Source: Octopus bimaculoides (lineage: Eukaryota). From it: DNA of 40,817 bases. Below are positions 24,558-37,086 of this stretch, in pieces; within the stretch, counting starts at the first letter, position 1; each line of letters opens with the position of its first letter. The DNA lies in NCBI RefSeq assembly GCF_001194135.2, contig NC_068994.1:58704831-58745647 (forward strand). Direction: 5' to 3'. A program made the translations under genes and the position numbers. A model generated the notes under the pieces. The model was not told where the DNA came from. It saw only the letters and a program-made list of their open reading frames with translations, and did no database searches.

Positions 24558-27500
24558 TCACACACACACATATATATACATATATACATACATACACACA
24601 TATGTATATATATACACATACATACATGTATATATACACTACTCACTCCCTCCCCCCACCATTTTGGTGTCAGAGAATTGTATGCAGAATGGACAACAAG
24701 AACAGAATATTGATTCCACCCAGCCACCCTTGTAATGATTGGCTGGGTGAGTAGATGTGGTACTTACCTCATAGTAGATGTCCAGACTGGTAATCCCAGA
24801 GTTTGGGACAATAACAGGATTCTGACCAGTTAAATGGACAACCAGACCATGTTGTTGTACAAAGAGATGTCCTGTAAAAGATAGAGGGGGGGGAATGTAT
24901 CTTGAATATGGTGATGATGGTGATGATGGTAATGGTGATGATGATGACGATGACAATAATATTATTACTGCCACTGCTGCCTGCCCCCACAACTACACCA
25001 CCATCATCACCACCAGGGCCATCGACATTGCCATAACAACCACAATAACAACCACAAACAAAACAACAACAGTTAGAAGACTATATATAATAATAAACCC
25101 ACTGACCAGTTCTTACTACGTCCCACACTGTGTCAGTGTCCACCACTTTAATACTGTTGCCGTCACACACTGCATCTCCCAACATGTCGGTCAGCTTGAG
25201 GCAGTCACCAATGTGTGATATGTTGTCTTGGATCGGAACATTCTAAGATGAATAACATAGTACAGGTTGTAGAACAGATGTTGGATGGACAAATATATCC
25301 AAAACAATCGTCATAGGATGGGAGAGAAGTCATAAAAGAGGTTGTAAGGACAAATTTGAGGTTTATGGTGCCAGTATCAGAGGAATTGGTGAGAGGGGAT
25401 GAGATGAAAATGTAAGATTGATCATAACATAGGAGTCATGCAAATAGAATAAAATTAAGATCGGTGACAATCTTAAAATAAAACTTATGATTGTAAGGAC
25501 AAATACAAGTTTAAAGTAAGTTACAAATGAAAAGGCTGAGGGGACAGATTTAAGTTGAGACAGATCTTAGGGGAAATAACATGATGTGTGTTAATACTTA
25601 CTGTCCAGCAATGATATCTTGGTATTTGAGCAGTCAATACTTGTACCTCTGTAGATTTAGTGGTCAGGGAATCTGGGGATAGAAGAGGGAATGATTATTA
25701 AGAATCTGGTACCACACCAGGGTACTTAGAAGGGTACTAAAGGGTTCTGGGAACATTAGGGTACTGAGGTAGAGTGTAGGTAGCAAACAGTGGTGTAGTG
25801 AATAGAATACATGGTCCCTATTTTTCCTTACGGGGAAAAATAAGGACCACATGGTCCCAGTAAGTAAACATCTAGGGATTCACAAAATTTGTTATTGTGA
25901 GAGTCAAGTGTCCCTCTACAAAGTTCCTCCTGCCTTTGATACAGGGGTAACATAAACCAGCGAGGCCAGCTTGTACCACAATAAATGCAGAGGGACCAAA
26001 ACTAGAAACATTTATTGAATGACTGATTGATAGGAGTGACCAGTAACTATCTCTGCATGATAGGTCAATGTGTATGAGTGACTAGTCGCTATTATTTAAG
26101 AAGGACAAATCATTGGTTACTTTACATGGATAAAAACTTACCCTCATCAGAGAAGAGAAGAGCTGAGACAAGGAATGTCTCTCCAAAAGTCAGGGAACCA
26201 ACACTGGAACTGTTCTGTCCACCACAATCAGGGATATTCCAAATACTCATCTGTATCCATTTAATAGTGGACCGGAGCCTGTATTGACCATCTTTGTCCA
26301 CGAAGGGATTCTTTTGGCTGTGTGGATAGCAAGGACACTGAGACATTGTATATATATATACATACACACACATAAGCATACGTAAACACACACACACACA
26401 GATATATAGACACAAACACACACAGACACACACATACACATCCAGATACCAAAACGTCAATGCGGGTGGTCAGTGTGTTGAGTGCAATATCCTGAGTGTG
26501 ATGTGGTCAATGCCAGTGTTTTATTGTTACGGTCAGTGAGATTTAGAAAATAAGATCAGTGGTAGTGGTCATGGTGGAAGTGGGCTGGAATGGTTAAAAT
26601 AGTCAATGGTCCTACCTTGACTTGGTGTTAATGTCCTCCAACACAAATTCAATATTTTTACTGAAATGAATATAACAGATTAAATTAAACAATCAAATAT
26701 ATACACACATACATACACACATGCATATATACACACATACCTACCTACACTCACACATGCACACCTATTTACTAATCCCTCCCAGACCCGCAATCAGTTC
26801 ACCACATCTCACTAAGAAGGTTATGTCTTTGCCGTCGAAGAACAGAAGAGAGCTACAAAAACCTGATCCACAAGAGAGACAAGGATGCCTTCAAACCACC
26901 TCCATGCTGTGATAGAAAATGGCAATTGTGCTACAGCAACATGGAAGATATTGCTCATGTGATAAGCAGTCTGAAAGGTTTGGAAGAGACTTCCTTCCCG
27001 CGAGACATGGCATTGTTGCTAAGGGGACTTACAATGCTATACACTGGAAGGATTGCTCTGAGGGCAGACCAACAGCACAGCAGAACCGAAAAGCATCCAG
27101 ACTTTTAAAAATAAAGAATACTGATGGACCATTCCAATAAAAGCAGCAGACTAGTATACACACAACAGGGTAGATATGGTCGCATGGCACTGGAAGCAAA
27201 AGTTGTGCATCATTTTGTAGAGATTTGTTGCCCAGCAGATGCGAATGTTTCTTCAAGAATTGGTGGAAAGCAGGACATGTATTTAGTACTGATAAGAAAC
27301 CTACAGCTATTATATATATAAAACAAACATAAACCAGAATCAGTGACAAACCTTATTCTGAGGTAGTTTCCAAGAACATCACTTTTCAACAGGACACTTG
27401 ATTCCTTGATGACATTTAAAGCTGTATTCTTTGCCTGCAAAACCAGAGACATTAATAGGAGGAATTCTAAACATCAGACTTTGTTTATTTTTATTAGTTG

Positions 27501-30500
27501 AAGATGAGGGAATTGTGCCTAAAGACTTTCTTCTTTTAGATTCGGCCCTCATACAATATAAAAGGTGCAAGGGACATTTTGGGGACATATTTAGTAATTT
27601 AATCAAACAACTCAAATCTATCATCTATCCGTGCCTTAACGACTCTCTTCAACGCCTCAGTGGATCCAGCAGCATTAATCCAAAGATCCTGTGGAAAGAT
27701 GACATTACCTTTGTTACTCACCATTCCTAAAACCACCCTAATTCCTGGAAACTTCGTGTGCATCATTCATGAGACATGGGAAGAATGTGCACATAACCAT
27801 CTGTTGTTTCTCCTGTAAGACTTTTGGTTTTGGCTGAATTTTTTTCTCATCAGAAAAGAACCAAAGTATGTCATGTTAGTGAGGTTTTGTCCATTTGGCA
27901 TGTATCAAAAGTTTTCCTGTCTTTGCAGATAGGAATCGGTCTTTCCTCAGAACATACGACCTGTGTTGAATGTCCTTGCACACCACAGTTCTGATAGTCC
28001 ACTCCAATACATGAAGTTCTTTGGTGATGGTCTTTGTTGATTGTCTGGGAATATCATTGATAACACTTTGAACCAGTTGGATGAGTCCTTATGATGTTCA
28101 AAAGTTTAGAATGTATTTTTTGTTCCTGTTTGGTACAGTCAAAGCATTCCCATTTAAGGTAATAAAGTTTGCAATTCCTAAATCCTTGTATGGCACATTT
28201 ACCAACAATGACTTTATGTCTTTCCATTTCCTGTGTTAGAATTTAATTTATCTGCCGTGCAGAATGTCAAAGAAATAGGAGCCATTTAATTGATTGGAAT
28301 GGAGTAATATACTGATGTTCTGCAATAATAACTCTAAAAGACCCTAACTACAGATTCAATAAAGGGCCAAGAAGTAGAATTAACCTATTATTTGCCAAGT
28401 GTGGGACATAAACAAATCCAAAGACCTAGTCTTCAGTGACATGGCAATGCTAATAAGAAATATATACAGACAAACAGACAGAGACAAACATAGAATATGG
28501 AACCAACCTGCTGCACACTTGCAGACTCTTTATACATATTGATGGCTTGGAGAACTGCTTCGACCAGAGTCAAATACAGGATCTGCATTAATCTGCAATG
28601 GAATGGCACGTGTGTCTGGGGTCAGAGGTTAATATCAGGTTTAAACATGTTTTAGGATTAAGATATGTTTCAGGGCGAAGCTGGATGCCGTTATCAATAC
28701 AAGTGTTTGGGATGGAAAGTGTGGGAATGAGAAAATCGCTTGAGGAGATTTGGAAACACACACACACACACAAAAGTTCATACAGACAAATAAATACATG
28801 TACACACATATTACATATATGCACACACACACACACAGTGTTTACATTTTGATTTTTTTATGAGATGAATCCCTCAGCGAGCGACGACCAACTCTTCTTG
28901 GAGTTGGTCTAAATGTAAGAATAGGCGACAAACATTCATTTTCCTACATCATTAACACACTGAGACACCAACAACTCAACTGGTATAGCAGACTTGGTTT
29001 GCTGACGGTTTTCTACCTGTCATTCATATATATATATATATATANNNNNNNNNNNNNNNNNNNNNNNNNNNNTTGGGATTTAAAGTGAAAGCAAAACCAA
29101 GAAAAACCGATTGGTTTGAGAGACGTTAAGGCAAAAAGCACGACGGGCGACGACCGTGGCCGTCAGGCATAGATCGACAGACCAAGATCGTCGTCCAGAG
29201 AGATGTATTTAATTTATGGGCGTTTGTTGGGGTCTACTGTCACTCAAACGTTCCGATATCCCCCAGAATACGACGACGAGTTGATCTGGTCAACAGAACA
29301 GCCTTTTCTGGGGTTTTTTTTTTTTTGCGCAACCTACACTTTTGAGGTCACCTCAAATCTCGTCGTGGTCAGTTTTGTTTTTCACTCTTCTAAAGGTTCA
29401 TAAACAAAGTCCCTGTGAAATACGGGAGTCACTCTATTTGCTGACTCATCCCCCATTAACGTGCGTACCTATACCAGCAAGGACCATGGACGTTAAATGA
29501 TGAGGAATGACGATGACCACAACAACGACAGTAATGATGATGATGAATGTAAAGAGCTGTATCTAAATAGCACAAGACATTTTGATGCTCTACTGATTCT
29601 GTTAATCCAGCAGATGAAGAGATAATGAAACAGAAATGAAAGGTTATCAAACCTGAATTTGTTCTTGGCATCATCTGACTCTGAATTATCTGCAAGAGAT
29701 TGGAAATAATGCCAAAAGGTTACAAGTATATAAAACACACACACACACACACATTTAGAGAGAGATATCGCACAGACATCAACCAAGATACAGTCATCAT
29801 ATGCAGTATATACACAGCAAGAATGTATGGATATATTACATATGTTGATTATAATTATTGCCATGAGTAAGTTTGCTCTATTAAAAAATATATTTATATT
29901 TATATTTGATTGTTTATCACCTGAACATTTTAAATCTGCTTTCTCTCTTTTTATATGAATACATGAATATATATATATATATATATATATATTGTACATT
30001 AAAACTCAAGGTTTTATCTGTTTGTTTGAATCATTGTTTCACATAATATATTATATACACAAGAATATCACATTGATATACGAAACAATATATGGAACCC
30101 AGAATCTGTGTAAAAGAACGAAAGGGGAAAAATTTATCAATGTTTCAGGCTTCAGCTTGTCTTTGTGAAAGAGAGAAGAGATACTAAGAAAGGGTTAAAA
30201 AAAAATGTGTCTATCTTGGTGCCCCAGCATGACCACAGCCTCTGGTTGAAACTGATAATGGAATATTGGAGTAATAATATAGTCATGATATTGAATACAT
30301 ACAGGAAAAATCACATCGATGTGTGTGTGTGTGTGTACATGGGGAAAGAGACATATGAGATGCGCGCGCGCGCACACACACACACACACATACATAGAGA
30401 CAGACAGACGTCCAAACAGACAGTCATCCAGACACCCAACCACATTGTATATACCTGTTAAGTGGAATTCATCAATGAAATATGTACGACAACAGCGGAG

Positions 30501-33500
30501 AGGAACTTTGGCAGAGACTTCTTGACAGACCTGTGGAGAGAGTTGACATAGTAACTGTTGTTATGGCAACCAAATAGTAGGATGAAGTGGAAAGTTCATT
30601 TCCACCAACAAAAGCGATTTCCTCAGTCATCGACGATTTTGTATTTAGCACATTAACGATATTGAACAGCTTGAATTGGAATTCTTGGAGACGACAAATG
30701 AAAATTTCATTAGCACCAAAGTGGTTTCCAGTATAAACCAAATTCTGACATCAAAGACATTTAGAATTCCAATGAAATAATATGCGTTTTCTGATAAAAC
30801 TATGAACTTATACGTATTAGACCAGTTATGGGAAAACTGCAGCCCTTAGGGGTTTTCTAAATGGTATGCCTAAAGAAATTCATAGTGCAGCCCACCTGAT
30901 GATGTGCCATGTCTCATGTGGCCCACTTCTTGAAGAAGGTTACTTAGCCTGGATTAGATAATGGTATGCAGAGCAAACTATAACAGAATCTTTGAAACTA
31001 TAGAAAGTACAGCCAACGCATGCATAAAGATGTCAATGAGAAGGGTCAAGATATATAGCGACAACATTAAAGGTAAAGAAATGTATAGAATTTTTACCTA
31101 ACCAGTGGTGCTTCTGTGTCCAAAAGGATTTGGTTTGTGGCTGCTCCAGCCAGTACAGCCAGCAAACATTGTCACAGAGCTCCGGGGGGAAGGGGGGACA
31201 TTCAGACCAAGTAATATAGTGGCACCTTTGATTTGAGCAAATGCTATAAAAATGGTGCCAATAAACTCACAGAATTCATTAGCAGCATTCACAGACTGCT
31301 GGAGCTATAATTGTGGCAAGCAAAGCAGATATTGTGTCACCCACCCAATAATATTGGTTTCAAATTTTGGCACAAGACCAGCAATTTCAAGGCAGGACGA
31401 GGCAAGCTGATACCATCAACCCCAGTACACAGCTGGTATTTATTTTATCAATGCTGAAAGGATGAAAGGCCGAGTCAATGTCAGCAGGATTTATGGACGA
31501 AATGCCACTAAGCATTTTGTCTGGCAATGATTCTGCTCGTCTACTCATAATATCACAGAATGGACGAGGACAGATTAGTAAAGAAGTACCAATCTCTAAT
31601 TGTGGAGGGAACATGTGGTAGAGGTAGACCCAGGAGGATATAAAATGAGGTGGTGAAGCGTGATCTTTGAACTTAGAGCCACACAGAGGCAATGACTGGT
31701 GACCGAGATCTTTGGCGATGTGCTATGCTTGAGAGGACCCATCAAGCCAAGTGCACCCATGCTGGTGGCATGTAAAGAACATCTTTCGAATGAACTTCCT
31801 TTCAAACGTTGGGCCTCACGGAGACAAAGTGGCTGAGTTCCTTTCGAATGTTGGGTCTCACAGAGGCAATGACCAAGACCTTTGGCATTATGTCGTGCCT
31901 GAGAGAAAGACCCATCAAGCTGAGCATATCATTAGCACCCGTGTCAGTGGCATGTAAAAGCACCCCTGTGTCATGCAAATGGCACTTGTGCTGGTGGCAC
32001 ATAAAAGCACCCATTACACTCTCACTCAGAGTGGTTAGCATTAGATCAGTATTTGATCAGCTGCCACTGTGAATCAAACCGTTTTTTAATGACACAGAGA
32101 TGTGTGTTGAGCCGCCAACACTGTCCGTCCCCACACCACCATCCCTGCCCTTCCACCACCGCCTCCGCCGCCACCACCACNNNNNNNNNNNNNNNNNNNN
32201 NNNNNNNNNNNNNNNNNNNNNNNNNNNNNNNNNNNNNNNNNNNNNNNNNNNNNNNNNNNNNNNNNNNNNNNNNNNNNNNNNNNNNNNNNNNNNNNNNNNN
32301 NNNNNNNNNNNNNNNNNNNNNNNNNNNNNNNNNNNNNNNNNNNNNNNNNNNNNNNNNNNNNNNNNNNNNNNNNNNNNNNNNNNNNNNNNNNNNNNNNNNN
32401 NNNNNNNNNNNNNNNNNNNNNNNNNNNNNNNNNNNNNNNNNNNNNNNNNNNNNNNNNNNNNNNNNNNNNNNNNNNNNNNNNNNNNNNNNNNNNNNNNNNN
32501 NNNNNNNNNNNNNNNNNNNNNNNNNNNNNNNNNNNNNNNNNNNNNNNNNNNNNNNNNNNNNNNNNNNNNNNNNNNNNNNNNNNNNNNNNNNNNNNNNNNN
32601 NNNNNNNNNNNNNNNNNNNNNNNNNNNNNNNNNNNNNNNNNNNNNNNNNNNNNNNNNNNNNNNNNNNNNNNNNNNNNNNNNNNNNNNNNNNNNNNNNNNN
32701 NNNNNNNNNNNNNNNNNNNNNNNNNNNNNNNNNNNNNNNNNNNNNNNNNNNNNNNNNNNNNNNNNNNNAATATATATATATATATATATCATCATCATCA
32801 TCATCATCGTTTAACGTCCGCTTTCCATGCTAGCATGGGTTGGATGATTTGACTGAGGACTGGTGAAACCGGATGGCAACACCAGGCTCCAATCTAATTT
32901 GGCAGAGTTTCTACAGCTGGATGCCCTTCCTAACGCCAACCACTCAGAGATGCATCTATACATATGCAAACACATATACACACACACACATACATACACA
33001 CATAAGGAGAAAGTTGAGGAGGAGGAGGAGGAAGAAGAAGAAGAGCTTCTTTACCTGTCAGTGTATTGTTGTTGGTGTTGTGTGTTCAAACATGCATGCT
33101 TATAATAAGTCTCCAGTGGCTGCAAGAGATGCACAATATTACTGCATGTTAAGGGGCACAAATTGTAGGAAAGTTAGTTGTTAAATACACCACCACCATC
33201 TCCACCACCACCACCACCACACCACCACCGCCGCCACATACACACAAACATGCACCAGAAATAGTTGAATAAGTGAAAATTATACTCACTTCTCTGATTC
33301 CGGACTCAGTTATCTCCCCTTTACCAGACTGTCTGTTGAAACAAAAAATAGGTTGGTATTAGCTGTGGTCCGCCTATGCTGGAGCAATCTAGCATTGTTC
33401 TTTTTGGAATTAGTGTGCATGCGCGCGTGTGTGTATGTCTCCCATCACCACCTGACGACCGGTGTTGGTGTGCTTACATCCCCCATAACTTAGCGGTTCA

Positions 33501-36500
33501 GCAAAACGGACTGATAGAATAAATACCAGGCTTTAAAAAAATAAGTAATGGGAGTTGATTCATTTGACAAAAAATTCTTCAAGGTGGTTGCTCCAGCTTG
33601 GCCAAAGTCTAATGACAGAAAAAAGGTGAAAGATAAAAGATTTGATTGGGTCTAAAATAAGTAAAATTTTGGTGTGTTTAACGTCCCTCATGATCTAGAA
33701 GTTCGGCAAAAAGAGACCGATAGAATAAGTACCAGGCTTACAAAGAATAAGTCCTGGGGTCGATTTATTCGACTAAAGGTAGTGCTACAGCATGGCCGCA
33801 GTCAAATGACTGAAAACAATAAAAGATTGTAAAAGAATATAATAAATATTTTTACATATGGTCAGAAACCTCTTGGTACTTTTACTGTACTCACTTCTCT
33901 CTCAGTATTTACTGTACTTCCTTCTTTCTCGGTACTTACTCTACAATATTTGTATTAAGCCATGCATTTTCTCTGTGGAATGTGTATTTTTTTTTTTTTA
34001 CCAAATAGACAATGTCATTTTCCCATTTATTAAGACAATCTTCAGAAACCTGAGTTACTCATAAATCTGAGTTACTCTTAACTTGAGTTACTCTTAAAAT
34101 CTGAGTCCACTCGGTTCGTACACAGAAAACAATATCTTTTTAAATTTGAACCTAATTGTGAAATGTAACATGTCTCCTTTGAGGGTGTATCTGTCTTTTA
34201 AAGAAGACTCAACATATTAAAGGTCAACTCAGCAATATGAAGGCTCACTCAACTGTATTAAGAGTAACTCATCTCAGAAAAACTTACATGGCATGTGCTG
34301 TAGACTGTATCATCACACTCCATTGATGTTCAAAACTGGGAAGATGCTGCAGAAAGAGAGCAAATTATTCTTATTATTATTGTTTTCTTGTGAGACCCCA
34401 ACTTGCCATCCCCCCTTCAATGAAACTACAACACCAAGCTTCTGGATGATCTCCTCTCCAATGGACAATAACCCCCAAATCACACTGACCCTGCTCTGTC
34501 ACAAAGGACCACGTCACAAAAGTACAAGGTTGTGACCCCCGTCCCTTCATAACCCTAGGGGCCATATCGCTGAATCACACTGTCCTTGATGTGACTCCTT
34601 CCCTGTTCTCTACTGAGGGACCCTAACTGCAGCCCTTACTCACCTTTGTGATGATATTCTCCAGGTATGTCCAGTCGACGACAGAGAAGAGAGGCTGGAC
34701 CGTCTCACTGATGTCCTTCACCTGTAAAAACACACAAAAGAAACAAACAAAAAGAAAGATTTTCACAGCAAATGTCTTTGATTTTACTTTTAAATTAATC
34801 GTTACAGGAAAACCTACAAATAAAAGGAGGCCAGTGAAACCCAAAACTGTACGTGTGTGTGTGTGTGTATTCATACCTACACACACACACACACACACAT
34901 AAAATCCCATATGTGGTGCATATGTCATATCCCATTTCTGTTTTCCTCTCTCCCTCCCTACACACACATTCTACATAAAATATATATTATTTAATTAATG
35001 ATGAGCCATCAAAAAAGCACAAATATGCAAATTAAGCTGGCCTTTATGGTGCTATCCTAATTTATGACTGCTTTACACAAGAGATAAATATTCTATGATA
35101 TTGATTGGGGAAGGAAGCTGAGTGACAAACCATGAAGTGGTCCATCAAAGAACTCTCTCCACTTCCAAAAGTGTGTGCGTGGATATCACCTCTTCATATA
35201 CCCAGACTCACCACAAGACCAGTCACTTCATTTGCACCAATCATGGATCCACCCTTCTCCAAGATGTCCTTTCCTGTCTGTGCCATTGGTTGCACTTCAG
35301 CCCTTACAACCGGCATCTGGAACCCAAACCACTGCATTTCTTTTTCCCCTCACCAACCACCCTACTACACTACCCTTATAACACCATTCTCCACCTCTCT
35401 CACTGCCTGCAATCTGACTCTGCCCCCTCTTATTTCTCCCTTTAAGTGCACTTACAATCTGTGCATCCCCCTTGTTCACAGCTTCTCCTTCCCTCCAGTC
35501 CGTCCCACTTCTGGATCCCTTCTCTGCTACTGTCCTGCTGCTACATCTTCCCTTTCCTTTCTAACAACACCCTTCTCAATGCATCCAACCACCACACCAT
35601 CCTAACTAGGAATCTTTCCCATTGCATCTCCAACAGCATAATATATGTGCCACAATATTCCCTCTACAATTTGATCTACATTGAGCAAACCAGCTGGCAA
35701 CCATCTGGAAGGTATGCAAAGCACTTTGAGACATCCAACTTGGCAACAGATCACCTGTTTCTTGGCATTTCCACTTCACCCAACATCACTTGGTCTTTTT
35801 CTTGTCCTCCAACACCACATTCTCCATCACTTGCCTTCAAAGTGAATAGGAGCTCATCTTCTCTCTCCAAACATACTTGCCTTTTGGTCCAAATTCACCA
35901 TCTCATTTTCCCCAACTTGCATTTTCTCCCCCACCTGTTTAAGGACTGCACGCCTCTTTCCTTTGATCCCCACTTATCCTATGCAGGACCTACATGCCAA
36001 AGAGGACATTGGTGTATGAGGCAGTCCTCCAACACATCAGATGCTGTCAAACCATCCAACTCATTCCAGTATGGAAACTGGACAATAAATGCTGCTGCTG
36101 CTGATGATGATGATGGTAATGAAACAACAGCAACAACAGCAACATCCTCCTCTTTATACTTACTTGATACAGCATGGTGAAGAAACCTTGACTGCAATAA
36201 ACAAACAAAAGTATAAAATTAATAAAAATAAAGACATTTAAATAATTTATACATGTGTGTGTGTATGTATACATGTGTTTGTATGTGTGAGTATATGTGT
36301 GTTTGTGTGTGTGTATGTGTTTGTGTGTATGTGTTTCTGTGTGTGTGTGTTTCTCTGTGTATGTGTGTTTCTGTGTGTTTGTGTGTATGTGTGTGTATGT
36401 AGATAGTTGTATTTCAGTGTGGACACTGACCTTTGGTAACTTTCATTTGCAAATGCCTGCACCAGAGGCCATTTCTCGATGTCCATAAAATGGAAAGTCT

Positions 36501-37048
36501 CAGGTTCTTCTGCAAAAATACAGAATGGAAGTCTGAGAGAATCACTAGTCCAACCCTTTAGCATTCAAACAAACCATATCCGACACAAAAATATTTTATC
36601 TGTTTTATTTTCAAACTGGCCAGATCTGGCCTTTCTCACCTACCTGACAATGTCATCTAAACAATAAACAATCACATCTTTGAAATCCCAAAGCTATGAG
36701 ATAATCCATGATTAATTCAAGACAATAGGAAGAGATAAGCTGCGTATTTGACAAAGTAATCTGAATGCCAAAGGGTTAAGGGCATAACTACAATTACCAC
36801 CGCCGCCACTGCCGCCGCCATCTTGTGCACACCACTATACACACCACTCCATTACCACTCTAACATACACTACCACCTTACCTGTAGCACTGTAACACAC
36901 ACCAATACATCGGCAACCAGTGACCATTGCAATGAAACTGTTTATCTTGAAGTCTTCAGCTTTATCTGTCTCTTGGAACTGGAATTGGATAATGGTGTAC
37001 AGGGGATCGTTAATGGAACAGGGTTCCAGGAATAATAACTATATGACA

Positions 37049-37086
<38 letters not shown>

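Noticed and set aside
26450-26495. 42-nt exon-like stretch [14 protein letters not shown]
   Set aside because: It is phase 0/0 but sits in a phase-2 intron; the phase-2 reading has a stop.
30570-30750. Open frame ending YYL just upstream of exon 30455-30530
   Set aside because: It would need a 40-nt intron, has no phase-2 acceptor, and shows no clear homology.
31098-31292. ORF containing PFGHRSTT, similar to the missing LFGNHSTRE segment
   Set aside because: The only phase-2 acceptor is a rare GAG and the exit phase does not connect to the next exon.
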